Below, piece by piece: positions 1-12,731 of a stretch of DNA of 64,000 nucleotides. The notes under the pieces are model-generated. The model was not told where the DNA came from, searched no databases, and saw only the letters and a program-made list of their open reading frames with translations. Both the position numbers and the translations under genes were made by a program. The stretch's first letter is position 1; every line of letters begins with the position of its first letter. Source of the stretch: Callorhinchus milii (lineage: Eukaryota). The DNA is taken from positions 63,180,001 through 63,244,000 of the forward strand of contig NW_024704742.1 in the NCBI RefSeq assembly GCF_018977255.1, given 5' to 3'.

Positions 1-7
1 TGGCTTT

Positions 8-353
8 AATAATAATAATCCTTGCATTTGATTTAGCACCTTATCACGTCTTCGAGATGTCTCAAAGCACTTCACAGAATATACTGTAAAGTAAGTTGAC
101 TATATTTTGTGGGTGAAACAAGGCAGCCAATTGCTCACAGCAATATCCCACAAACAGTCATGGATTGATTGATCAAATTATTATTTTTTTCCCCCCAGAA
201 AAGCGATCCACCAATCGACTAACAACCGGGTTCCTACTTCCTGGTAGTTGGTAACTGCTCTAGGTAAACAGAAACGTGCCTAACGTTTCACCCTGCCCGG
301 GAATCGAACTCACACCCTCCAAGTGTTCTAACCAATATGCTACAGGACTCCAC
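8..353 (-). mobile_element. tRNA-derived SINE, older subfamily
   Basis: Reverse strand reads GTGGAGTCCTGTAGC head, CAGGGTGAAACGTTAGG, central TTGTTAGTCGATTGG segment, shared 3' tail and (ATT)n. Confidence 0.9.
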
Positions 354-543
354 ACATTTTTATGTTATTTTACTGCAGAAATAAAAATGGTTAATGCACG
401 TCACTGAAATGGTGCAGTATCACACTGTCTGGGGAGTCATTTTAATATGAATGTGGTGGGTGGGGGGTGGGGGATACAGAAAGGCAATGTTTACTGATTT
501 CAACAAATTATGATCTGAAATTTGCATAATTCATAATTTGCAG

Positions 544-582
544 AGTGCAAGTAAAACAAATGAAAGAAACATCGCATCAGAG
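544..582 (+). CDS. Candidate 39-nt exon of unidentified gene (SASKTNERNIASE or VQVKQMKETSHQ)
   Basis: TTTGCAG acceptor, GAG|GTAAGA donor, length divisible by 3, two open frames; weak polypyrimidine tract. Confidence 0.25.
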
Positions 583-829
583 GTAAGAAGTTATTAAAGC
601 AGATCAGAATTCAGCTCATAATTAATCGAATTTACTTGTCATCACACATTGCACAATTCTAAAAGTAATTAATTTGCCTTGCTATTAAGGATTAGGGATT
701 AAATATTCAGGGCAATTTAATCTCGTATTCAGAAGATCCAGAATTCAAACGCTTGCAAACTGATGCCTCATTAACGCTGTGTTTTATATTACAACAATGG
801 TAAGCATAGGTGTTGATATGCAGCTGCCT

Positions 830-1115
830 ACAGCGCTGTCTAAAGAATGGATAAAGGTAATTACTAAAGAAGCAATGTGTGAGATTAGGAGACATGCATT
901 TTACATGGAGGGCTGTTAGGACTCGAATGTGCCACCTTCAACAATGGTTAAGGCAGAATTCATATTATCTTTTTAGAAGCTATTAGATAAGTATACGAAA
1001 AACAAAAACTGTACAAGGTTATGCAGGAAGAAAGACGAATGGGACTAAATGGAAAAATTTCAAAGTGTCAGTACAATAGGCTGAATGACTACTTTCTGTG
1101 CTTTAGATCTCTATG
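830..1115 (+). mobile_element. Degraded CR1 LINE 3' end
   Basis: Resembles the CR1 3' end at 17161-17500 (GGGACTAA, ATAGGCTGAATG..TTCTGTGCT). Confidence 0.6.
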
Positions 1116-1621
1116 TTTCTAGAATATATTATTCTGGTGTTTCTGGTGTTAACGTCTTCCACTTTTCCTACAAAACTAAGCACAGAACAGGATTCAAACC
1201 AGCGAGCTTCTAATTTATGAGCTGCAGCTTGCTCCAATGCACCATTGGTTCCCAAACGCATGTGAAGTGCCCTCCAAGTTATTGCTCGCTATGGATGCTT
1301 ATGTGCAATCCACACATAGAAGCATTGAGATCAGCGCTTGGCTGCCCTCGTAAAAGAGTCTTCCCTTTTGGCTCTTCTGAAGTTTGACTCACTCTTTTCT
1401 TTGAGTACACCAACATTATGTAACAATCCAGAACACTTGAAAAGAAACTCAGGTGACGTCCACCACTAATAAATATCTCTAACAAGCTGAACCTAGCCAA
1501 ACACAAACAATGCAGAATCAAAGTGTGCTGTGAAATCTGGTGCAACAGATTCCAATAATCCTTGCATTTTGATATAGTGCCTTTTCACGATGCCCTCTTT
1601 CGCCGCTCGGTGTCAAGCTAC

Positions 1622-1983
1622 AATAAAAATAATCCTTGCATTTGATATAATGCCTTATTATGTTTGCAAGACGTCTCAAAACACTTCACAGAATATACTG
1701 TAAAGTGAATTGGCTATATATTTTGTGGGCGAAATGCAGCAGCCAGTTGTGTACAGCAGTGTCCCACAAACAGTCGTAGATTGAGTTAACAAATTATTAT
1801 TATTTTTTGAAGGAATTATTACTCCTAGAAAAGTGATCCGCCAATCAACTTACAACCAGGTACCTACTTATTGCTAGATAAACAGAGGCCTGTGGAGTAA
1901 GGAAACATGCCCACCATTTTGCGCTGCCAGGAATCGAACGCTTGCGAGGTGAGTGCTCTAACCACTAAGATATAAGACTCCAC
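1622..1983 (-). mobile_element. tRNA-derived SINE, older subfamily
   Basis: Head, central segment and tail all present on the reverse strand. Confidence 0.9.
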
Positions 1984-4979
1984 TAATGCACACATGTCAA
2001 AGTGCACCAGATCAGTGTGATTCAATGGACCTTGTTGTCTTAATATTATGCTATCCCCTTTCTGTCACCATTTGCAGACCTAGATTAAAATCTACAACGC
2101 AACAGAAGCGCGTGGTTCCAGTTCTTTAATATTTATCCAGCTCAAACACCTATCACGCATATTGGCTGAGTCTAAATTTATAGAATCAACAGAGCATCAG
2201 TACATACATGTTTCAAAAGTGACACTGCTGCTTTAAAGGCAGTGCTGGAAACACTGGGCTTCACGATAATAAAAGTCGTCATCGATCCTGTTTGCATCAG
2301 ATGAGCAAATGAAACTCTTGGGACAGAAAATTAAATAGGTAACGTTGACATTATGGGCAATACTTTGGGATTTGTATTCAGCAGCCCATGGGGTTGGATT
2401 AGTTGCGTTTTGAAGGTTGCTGTTCTTTTAAAAATAAACCTTTAAAATATTCCTCATCATTAAAAAAAAACCTATCTTTGATTGCCTCATTTGGTGGAGC
2501 TTAGAGAACAGCATTTCAGGGCAGCCTTTTGTGGTGCTGAAAACTAGTGATAGGCAGGCTGGAGTGCCCGGTCACCAGGTAGAGGAGATCACTCTACAGA
2601 GGGTAGAGCTAGGCTGTGGGATAAGTCAACAATGAATCCCACCAGAGAAGGCAAGACTTGCTAAGCCCTGATCTACCGAAGAATCCTTATGACCACTTTG
2701 CAGCACAAAGGCAGGTTCACAGTACTCACAGTAATAATAATAATCCTTGCATTTGATATAATGCCTTATCACGTCATTGAGATGTCTCAAATCGCTTTGC
2801 AGAATATATTGTAAAGTAGATTGACTGGTGTATTTTGTGGGCAAGATGCGGCAGCCAATTATGCATAGCAGTGTCCCACACACAGTCATGGATTGAGTGA
2901 CAATTTTTTATTTAATCCACTGAGGACTGGGCTCCAAGCACTTTATCAGGCTGTACAATTCCAGTGAGTTCCTGCTGAACAGCGCCAATCTGAGCTGGAG
3001 CCAAAAGGGCTTCTTCTCATCCAACAGCCATGCCTCGCTGCCCTACAGGATGCCTGTGCAGCCTGAGTGGGGGTCCTCAGTCAGGCTGCTTAATGTCATG
3101 GAGGCCTTGAGTCTAGAAACTTTGAGAAACCCCGCACTACACCATCAAGGCTGTCCGTGTGTAAGGTGTTGCTGCTTGTTATGTCACCTCAGTAACTGTA
3201 ATGAATCCAAATGCAAAAGCTCCCACCTAGTCAATGTATAATTTGCTCAAATTATTACTAATGTAATTATTTTTTGTTGTATTTACATAGTGCACTGAAC
3301 TTTGAAGAGCATGACTGCTAATGCTGAATGAATAAACAACCCTCCACATACAATTTGTCATTCATGTCATGGCTGCTTGTTGCTGTGTGCACAGTGACAG
3401 CCACATTCCCTACAAAAAGAATTTGTCAAGTGCCGTGTGATGTCCTTCTTGACATGAAAGGTGCTCTATAAATGTAAATGTAAATTGTATTGTATTATCC
3501 AGTTTCATTCAAACTTTACCAACTCTATCTTTCTAAATACTCTCTTGAGCTTTAAACTTCATTACTTCACTCTAGTAGAACCTTTTAATGAGAATAATAA
3601 ATGATAATAAGGTACCTTCATGATTGTGGAACTTTCTTTTCCCCTAATTTTAACATATTAGATTTACAGATGGTATGTGAGATATTTTGTATGAGACGTC
3701 AAGGACATAAGCAGTGACTTAAATGGCAAAAGAATATATGACTACATGGTAGTTTTTGAGTTGCTATAAGCCTTGTCTGCTATAGAATGTAATAAGAATA
3801 AGAATACATACAGCACATTTCATGTTGGGAAGACATCTCAAAGAGCTTCACAGATTTACTGGAAAGTTTAGTGACTGGTTTGATTGCAAATTAATTCCCA
3901 CCTTGAATTGGACTCTGAATCATAAAAAAGTTATCATTGTACTGTACTTTTATTTTAAAAAGTCCTTATTGCATTGATGGATCTGCTCTGTATGCTTAGA
4001 GCGCAACAATTGAAACAATTATGATATAGAGCGACTTGATTGTATTTGACCAAATGATCATGACTTTTATTTGAACATTTCTTTGAAGCATTTCTTTTAC
4101 ACTTTGAGAAACTTTACATGGAGGGTGCCATGGGATCTATAATGTCCACCTGGTTCCCATTCCGAAGGACAGCACCTCACCTCTGACAATGCAGCAGCAT
4201 TCCAGTACTGCAGAGGAGCCTCAGCAAAGACTATAAGGTTTTGCAAGTCCCAACGTAGTATTCATTGCCGTGATAAATATGTGCAATCTCATAGAAGGGA
4301 GGAAAATCAGTTCTGGGAGGCAGCATTATTGACACCATCGTTTAAAAATAACATTTGCAGGCTGTGTTTTAATGATACCACAGCACAAAAAAGTTTCCAT
4401 TTGGAAAGCGGGGGCATGAAATTGAACTCGAGTGAAGGAATGGAATGCACCCAAAGAGTAAACAAGCTGGTATTGATTAAATGCTGAGTTTTACAACATC
4501 TGGAATTTAAACTCAGCTGAAATTTGCAATTCATCTGCCCCACTGCTGACCAAAAACAAATCTAACTGCATTGGAAAATGGGACACATTCATCATACATT
4601 TGTAAGGGAGTGGAGGTAAGCAAGCCACCACCACAATGCAGAAATGTTTTTAAGAATAATAATTGATTTGTCATTCAGACAAATTGAATAGTTATGGCTA
4701 ATCAGTTTGTAGTGCTTGGTATTTAGCCTTCTCCATGTGAGATGAATAGATTAATCGTCCAACACAGAAGGCTTATACATATTCATCCAGGAATGAATTA
4801 GTCTATCTGTGAAACGATAAGCAATGAATAATTGTCCCACGTCCAACTTTTTTTAAAGTAAACAAAATTAATAAGAACGGCATTAATAAATTAAATCTTG
4901 GGCCTGTTTTTAGATGTTTACTCTTAGTGCTAATCTACACTTGCACATAAATTAAGCTTTCTGCTCTCGGAAATGATTT

Positions 4980-5340
4980 GTGCAGTCCTGTAGTTCAGCG
5001 GTTAGAGCACTCGACTCACAAGCGAGAGACCTGAGTTTGATTCCCGGCAGTGCGAAATGTTGGGCAAGCTTCCTTACTCCACATGCTTCTGTTTAACTAG
5101 CAGTAAGTAGGAACCCGGTTGTTAGTTGATTGGCGGATCGCTTTTCCAGGGATAATAATCCCTCAAAAAAAACAATAATAATTTGGTCACTCAATCCACT
5201 ACTGTTTGTGGGACACTGCTGTGCGCAATTGCCTGCCGTGTTTCACCCACAAATATACAGTTAATTCTGTGAAGTGTTTTGAGACGTTTAGAAGACTTGA
5301 AAAGCACTATCTCAAATGCAAGGAGTATTATTATTATTAT
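4980..5340 (+). mobile_element. tRNA-derived SINE, older full-length copy
   Basis: A-box-like TAGTTCAGCGG, B-box-like GTTTGATTCC, central segment, (ATT)n tail. Confidence 0.92.
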
Positions 5341-5344
5341 ATAC

Positions 5345-5665
5345 AATAATCCTTGAAATAGACATAGCGTCAGATCACATCGTCAAGACGTCTCAAAGTG
5401 CTTCATATAATTTACTATGAAGTGTAGTATGTTTTGTTGGTGAATGAGACAGTCAGTTTGTGCACAGAAAGTCCCACAAACAGCCATGAAGTGGATGAAT
5501 AAATTACTCCGGAGCCAGGACACTGAAAGAAACTTCTCTTTTTGAAGAGTGTTATGGAATCTTTAATGCACACTTAAACTTGCAGATGAGACCCAAGTTT
5601 AACTGGTTATCTGAAAGACAACACCTCCAACAGTGCAGTATTCTTCTAGGATTGTATTGGAATGT
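5345..5665 (-). mobile_element. Deu-domain SINE fragment
   Basis: Reverse strand has GGAGGTGTTGTCTTTCAGAT..TTAAAC..AAAGATTCCATAACAC, matching the Deu core of AmnSINE1/SacSINE1-type SINEs. Confidence 0.7.
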
Positions 5666-6232
5666 CAGACATTGTTTCTTACACACTGTTGGGGGAGTCC
5701 TCCTGCCGTTTCTCAGTCGAGAAGCAAGAAGTTGCCAATAATTACGACTTCATTTCTTGCAGACACCAGAGAGGAAAGAAACCATCAGTCTTGGCAGAGT
5801 TTAAAGGTCCCAGAGCAAAGTCCTCTTTCATCACCTCGCAAACCAACCCGAGTACCCGACTGATGTGTAAGGTTTTATGAGTAGTTTTGTTTTATGTTTC
5901 AATAAGCCAGATTTTAACTCCATGAATTATTAAAGGATTATCCTCACTAATGTCAGCTGTGCGGCAAGAAGAAAAAACACACACATACTCAGTTAATAAT
6001 CTCTTCATGTAGCACACAGAATAACAACCAGTTTGTGACCTGATTCATTAATCAATACATTATTAAAGTGATAAACTGAAAGGAGCATGTGAGGCTGGAG
6101 CACCAGGAAAGGCAAAGCAACTAATTTTTGCTATTTTTACTGACATAGCTTCTCTCCCAAGTGTTGATTCATTCAATTTATTGATTGCTGGGGGGCACTG
6201 CATTGTCGGAGTTGCTGTCCTTTTGATGAGAC

Positions 6233-6596
6233 TTCAAAATCCTCACTCTTGTGTTCAAATCCATTCACTCCCTGGCACCTCCCTACCTCTCTGACCTCCT
6301 CACTCCCCAAACCATCACCCGGTGCCTCCTCCTGCTCATCCCTCGCACTCTCCACCCCACCATCGGAGGTCGTGCTTTCAGCCACTATGCCCCAAAACTC
6401 TGGAACACTCTCCCCCAATCCCTTCGCCTTGCCTCTTCCCTTTTTCAAGTCCCACCTGAAAACATTCCTGTTCGACTGTGCTTACGGCTACATTCCGCCT
6501 CCCCCCGACTCGGAGTCAGCTCTGCCACTGTTAAGCGCTCTGAGATGCTACCCCACGTGGAGGACGCTATATAAGTGCAAGTTGTTGTTGTTGTTT
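6233..6596 (+). mobile_element. L2 LINE 3' fragment inserted in a Deu-SINE (6190-6232 and 6597-6895)
   Basis: ORF pieces FKSIHSLAPPYLSDLL and IGGRAFSHYAPKLWNTLP; (GTT)n tail; Deu sequence resumes after the tail. Confidence 0.9.
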
Positions 6597-7468
6597 TTGA
6601 GACATTAACCAAAGTACTGTCTGCCTATTCAGTTGTCTTTTAATGATCCTTTGAGACTATTCAAAAAGAAAAGGGAATTTCTCCCTGTGTCCTGAGCAAT
6701 AATCCCCCCAGATAAAAATTAGTCATTGATTTCAGGGTTGATTGTGAAACACTGCTGTGCATAAATTGGCTGTCGTGTTTGCCTACAACTTACATAATCA
6801 CTACACTTCACAGTAAATTCTGTGAAGCACCTTGAGGTATCTTCCAAATCTGAAAGGTCCTATATCAAATGCAAGGAATATTATTTATTATTATTACATT
6901 TCTATTCACCAGTGGCATTCATATATAACGCTCCCAATTTGGTTTGAATACTCTTAAGCATGGTGATGGGCTTCAGCATGTGTCAGTCTATGACTGACTA
7001 AAACAAAATGCGAAAGACGCCGCCTTTGACAATGCAGAGTTCCCCTGGCACTGCACTGGAGCTTCAGCCTTGACTATGAACTCAACGTCCCGATGTGGGG
7101 CTTGAACCCACAACTTTCTAACTCATTGGTGAGAGTGCTACTATCTATTATCAGATCTATGGATCTGGGACTTAAGTTCTCCTGGAAAATTGAATTGTCA
7201 ACTCTTAGAACCTCAACCCTGCTGCACTCCTCACAGCATAATTTACACAGTGTCTGACCCGCTTTTTCCTTCAGTGTCCTGTGGTTGAGTTCCCAGGCAT
7301 AACTCAGAGGTAAGAGTGCTACCAACTGAGCTCAGGCTGACGCCTAACACCAGATCTGGGCAATATATTCTCCTGGTGCTGCTGAGTTCTGAACATAAGA
7401 TGTCGCGAAAGTCCTGCTCCCTCCCTTGCTGTTCTTTCCCCTCTATCAGCAGTACCCCAACACACACT

Positions 7469-7670
7469 CAGCCAATTGCGCACAGCAATGTCCCAAAAAC
7501 AGTCATAGATTGAAAATGACCAATTTATTATTGGTTTTGGTTTTGGAGGGATTATTATTAGGCGTGTGGAGTAAGGAAACTTGCCCAAGGTTTCGCCCTC
7601 TGCCTGGAATTTAACTCAGATCTCTCACTTGCAAAGCGAGTGCTCTAACCACTGAGCTACAGGACTCCAC
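7469..7670 (-). mobile_element. Young tRNA-Ala-derived SINE, 5' half only
   Basis: Near identical to the first ~200 nt of the copy at 47882. Confidence 0.9.
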
Positions 7671-8656
7671 GTTCCGGAAGCGCTATATGTTCCAGAATCA
7701 GGTAAGCAGGATGCAACCCTCCAAGGAGAAATTACACATTCCATTCGAACAATCTATCTCTGGGATTTCCACCTGTAGGTGGGATGCATGGAAATCTGAG
7801 CTTGGTTTGGATACTGTTAAGCATGGTGTTGGGTTCCCAAAATGGGTTTTCGCAAGTATCAGACACCCGGGTAACCACAAAAAAAATCAGCATTCAGTTA
7901 TTTTGCAGTAGAATTACAAACTGAAGAAGACAAACTCAAAGAACCCACAGCCAATGTCACCACACAGTTCAATGCAATTTCACACAACACAGTGAGGCAG
8001 CTGAGCACAATAGCTTTATCAAATGAACCTTCAGGTCATTGTTCTCTTAATATAAGAAACTAAAACATTGCTGCTCCAATTGGTATCAGCAGGGAATCAT
8101 AATAGAGAGCTATCAGAAGCTATGTTGTTCAGAACTGGGAACAATTATTTTGTGTTTAAAGTGTGATACGAACAAGAATGTAGGTGAATTGAAAGCTGTG
8201 AAGTGGATAATGTTGCATTGTGTTTGATGGGATTTTGTCTTCAGAAAATTTTGTTGGAGGTGAAGCACTGCTGTTTCAGTTGTTGTTTTCACATTTAATA
8301 TTTACTGGTGACTCCAGAGACTTTTCATTAAATGATGCGCTCTTACAGGATTTTCCATTATCTGTTTAAAAGCCTGGGATTTAGAGAGTGATTTTTAATG
8401 TGATTGAGTTCAGAGCCCCGAGTCTGAACAAATTAAAATTTGCCCAAGAAACACAACACTACAAACATTCATTCTCTTTTTCCATAATAAAATGTCAAGT
8501 ACTTACAAAGGTAAAGCCTATTTGATGTACCACACAATCTCCTTAATCTATTGCAAGCAGGAGAGTTGCTGTCTATCCTCCTTACAATGATTGAACAAGA
8601 CCCTAGAGGTGCTTGCACTTCCAGTACAAAGTTCACTTTAGCAGTTGTGCTTTTTA

Positions 8657-11045
8657 AGTTCTGTAGCATATTGGTTTGAACACTTGCCTCGCGAGCAAGA
8701 GTAACCAGGTTCGATTCCCGCAGGGCAAAACTTTAGACAAGTTTCGTTACTCCACTCGCCTCTGTTTACCTAGCAGTATAACAACAAAATTACATTTGCA
8801 TAGAGCCTTTCACAACGGGAGGACGTCCCAAGGCACTGGACAGACAGTGTTTCGGACATGAGCTGAGGGTCGGGATCGGGGAGTGTGGAGGGCATGGGGG
8901 GATGCAGGGAAATCGAAAGCGTGGTCAAAGAGAGGGTCTTGAGATGGGTCTTGAAGCAGGAAAGGGAGGGGGCGAAGTGCAGAGACTGCAAGATGGAGTT
9001 CCAGGGTTGGGGGCAGAGTGACAGAAGGCCCGCTTGCCAATAGTGGGGCAAGCGAGGCAGGCCGGAGCCCGCTGAGTAGAGGGAGCGAGCAGGTTAGTAG
9101 TCGGTTAGGAGTTTGCATAGGAGCAAGACCATGGAGGGCCTTGAAGGTGAGGATTAGGATCTTGAACTGTATCCTCTATGTGATGGGAAGCCAGTGGAGT
9201 CGGACGATGATGGGGGTGATAGGTTCATGGGGCCTGGTGTGGGAGAGGACATGAGCTGCAGAGTTCTGGACGATCTGCAGCCTATGGAGGGAGGACTTTG
9301 GGAGGCCGACAAGCAGGGAGTTTGCATAGTCAAGCCTGGATGTTATGAAAGCATGAATGAGGGTTTTGGCGGCCTGCGGAGTGAGACAGTGGTGGAGCCG
9401 GGCGATGTTGCGGAAGTGGAGAAAGGCAGAGCAGATGTGGGGTAGAAAGGAAACTTGAGAGTCAAACAAGACGCCAAGGTTCCAAACTGACTTAGTAAGG
9501 TGGAGTGTGCAACCATGGATGGTGACGCTGTCAGCGCCTGAGATGTGGAGGCACTGACAGGAGCGAATCAGGAGAGCCTCGGTCTTATTGACGTTCAATT
9601 GAAGAAAGTTAGCTCTCATCAGGACTTGATGTCTAGTCCTGGAATCAAGGGTGGAGGCAGAGAGGTATAGTTGGGTATCATCTGCATACATGTGGAAGAT
9701 GTCTGCAGATGATGACACCAAGAGGGAGCATGTAGATATTGAAGAGGAGGGGACCAAGGACAGAGCCTTGAGGAACGCCATACGAGGTGATGCGGGGCCT
9801 AGAGGAGAAACTGTTTGTGGAGATGAAGTGCAGGTAGTGTGAGAGATACGATCTGAACCAGTCAAGGCCAGAGCTGTGAAGTTTGAGGAGAGGAGAGGTG
9901 GTGGAGGAGGATAGAGTGGTCAATGGTATCGAAGGCAGCAGAGAGGTCAAGGAGGACGAGAAGGCAGAGGGATCCCTGGTTGCAGATGGACAGAATGTCA
10001 TTTGTCACTTTGACCAGGGATGTTTCTATGCTGTGGGCGGCATGCAAACCCGATTGGAGGAGTTTGTGAAGGGAGTGGCAGGAGAAGAAGGAGCGTAGCT
10101 AAGAAGCAACAACTCATTCCAGGACCTTGGAGAGGAAGGGGAGGTTGGAAATGAGGCGGTAATTTGAGAGTAGAGATGGATGCGGGGAAGGTTTTTAAGG
10201 CTAGGAGTGATGACGGCTGTTTTTAATGGGGTGGGAACAGTACCAGAGGACAGCGAGAGGTTTATGATGTCAGTGAGTAGAGGAGCAAGGAGATGGAACT
10301 GGGAAGTAAGGAGATGAGGTAGGGATGGGGTTGAAGCAGGTGGTTGATTTCATGCGGGTTATAGTGGTGGTGAGAGAGGAGTGGGAGACAGGTTCGTAGA
10401 TGTGGAGGGAGGGATAGGTAGGGGCTGGAGTGAGAGTTAGAGATGGGGAGGATGTAGCAGACGGAAGGGCATAAGCACCTGAGTGGATCACCTCAACTTC
10501 GGATTCGAGGAAGGCCAAGCATCGTTTCGCAGTTGGCATTGGAGGTGAGGATTGTCAAGGCGTGAGAGGGTGGATGGAGGAGCCGGTTGGCGGTGGAGAA
10601 GAGGAGCCTGGGGTTGTCCTTGGTCTCCAAGATTGTCTTGGGAGTAGAACGACGATTTAGCGAAGGCGAGAGCGGAGAGGTAGGATTTCATAAAGTCCAG
10701 CTGGATCTGCCGATGGACAGTTAAGTTTGAATTAAGCCAGGTGTGGTCAGCGGCATGTGTCTGTGCTTTAAGGGAGCGGAGGCGGCTGGTGTACCATGGC
10801 GACTTATATGAGTAGGAATAAGTAGGAACCCAGTTGTTAGTCGATTGGCAGTGTGCTTTTCCGGGAGTAATAATCGCTTATAATAAAAATGTGGTCACTC
10901 AAACCACGACTGTTTGTAGGATATTGTAAGCAATTGACTGCCACATTTCATTGACAAAATATAATCAATTCTCTTTACAATATACCCCGCAAAGTGCTTT
11001 GAAATGTCTCAGAAACGTGATAAGACGCTACATTCAAATGCAAGG
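8657..11045 (+). mobile_element. Older SINE split by an L2 insertion (pieces ~8657-8778 and ~10820-11045)
   Basis: Head ends CTGTTTACCTAGCAGTA and resumes AGTAGGAACCCAGTTGTTAGTCGATTGG after the L2. Confidence 0.85.
8779..10815 (-). mobile_element. L2 LINE, ~2 kb 5'-truncated, frameshifted reverse transcriptase
   Basis: RT motifs LLDLSAAFDTIDH, YGVPQGSVLGPLLFNIY, FHMYADDTQLYLS; C-terminal TSRLDYANSLL and LHWLP; (GTT)-like tail. Confidence 0.95.
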
Positions 11046-11117
11046 TAATCTGTATACGATTCTCTGAGTTAATTAAACCTAAATTTTTTATCACCCAGTT
11101 GTCTAAATGTTCTAAAT

Positions 11118-11856
11118 CAGTGATGGCCAATCTTTTGCTAAGATATACTATAGTCTGAGCTCAAAATATATCGCCCTGCCACAAAAAAAACATAATAAAC
11201 TTAAAAAGAAATGGAAAATACTACTGGAAATGAAAGATGCATTTACTAAGAAATTCATAATATAATATCAAACAAGTTAATTAATGAGGCTTCTGAATTT
11301 GTTTTTTGTCCATGATATCTTCAATAATTGGATTTAGTTTTGAACACGCCAGTAGAAGAAGATTATTAGTGTGATGATCTGTTAGTTTGGAACAGTATTT
11401 ATTTTTTATGAAGTTCATGGTGGAAAAGGACTGCTCACAGGTGTAGGTTGATTCGAATCTGTACATATATCCAAGAGCATGGTCATGTAATTTAGGAAAT
11501 CACTTATGGACGAATTTCCCAAACGACTTAAAGTCTTGGTTAACTGGAGAAACACACAGTTCTTTGAATTTGCTGTGTAGGCCTGAATAATTTTAAGTTC
11601 CAAAATTTCCAACTGCATTTCTGGTGGACAATGATCAACCTAAATCAAACACTTGCAAGATCAAACAATTCAACTTCAACACACTTGACTCAAAGGCTGC
11701 AGCTCACAGACTGGCATTGACTTTGTTGGCGTTCGAGGTAAGGAGGTGCGGCAATGATGTCACTTCAGCGCGGGATCCAGTAATTGTTACTGGAAATTGG
11801 AGATATTTTTAAAATGTGTTGCATACCACTAGCAACGGCGTGGTGTACCACCACTA
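11118..11856 (-). mobile_element. Internally deleted hAT (Charlie/Buster-like) DNA transposon retaining the transposase C-terminus
   Basis: ORF 11281-11466 FESTYTCEQSFSTMNFIKNKYCSKLTD..KKQIQKPH matches the hAT dimerisation domain; TIRs CAGTGATGGCCA / TACCACCACTA; flanks TTCTAAAT / TTTTAAAT. Confidence 0.85.
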
Positions 11857-12731
11857 TTTTAAATGTATGTAAATTCTATTTCTTGCATTTTTATGAAGGC
11901 AGTTAAAATATAAAAGCAAAATTTGTACAAGTAAGTATTCCTCCATATATATTCAGTCATTTTTGAACAATCCAAATGTTGTTTCATGCATCAGATAGAC
12001 CTCATCTCTCCTCTAGTAATCAATTTCAGGAAAGGCCGCATACCCTTTCACTGGGGAACCAAAACATGTACAAGTGACTAGAAAATGAATTCTGTCAGTC
12101 TAGTATTCCTTTCACTAAATTTTAAAAATGCATTTCTACAGCAATTTATTTTATTGCTTCCAATGAAATGTATAGACATCAGCTGCAGTGCCAGAATGAC
12201 AAAAATGTAGGGAATACAGAATTCTTTTTAATGTACATATCTTTGAGCTGAAATGACATTAGACCTATATCCAAAATATTGAATTATTTTCTCTTCCTAT
12301 GAATTACTTGCAGAGATTTCCCAAGTGTTTTCTGGTAATGAAAATTTGTTAGCTGTTTGTCCTCTGTGAAATAGAGAATCCAGACTGGCACATTGATACA
12401 TTGCGAGGTGGCATTGGAAATACAAGGCATGAAATTGGAAAAAAAAATGTAAATGAAATATCTTCAGAAATAGATGTAGTGGGAATGTGAAAGGTGATAA
12501 AATAGTGCCCACTGGTTATGTATCAGCAAACCAATCTCAGACCACAAAATTATACAGAGTTTGCAATAAGTTGTCCAAATGAGAGGAATCGTGAACTTTC
12601 TATGTAGAAGATATGCAAGAGAAACTCAGAGCTTATTCTAAAAGTGCACTCCACAACATTTAACACAGTCATTATTGGGAATAATTTATTTGTATCACTC
12701 CAAATATAATAATAATCCTTCCATTTGATAT

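Noticed and set aside
9176..9865. 229-aa ORF as a host gene or active RT
   Set aside because: Frameshifted, 5'-truncated L2 ORF2 with no endonuclease domain
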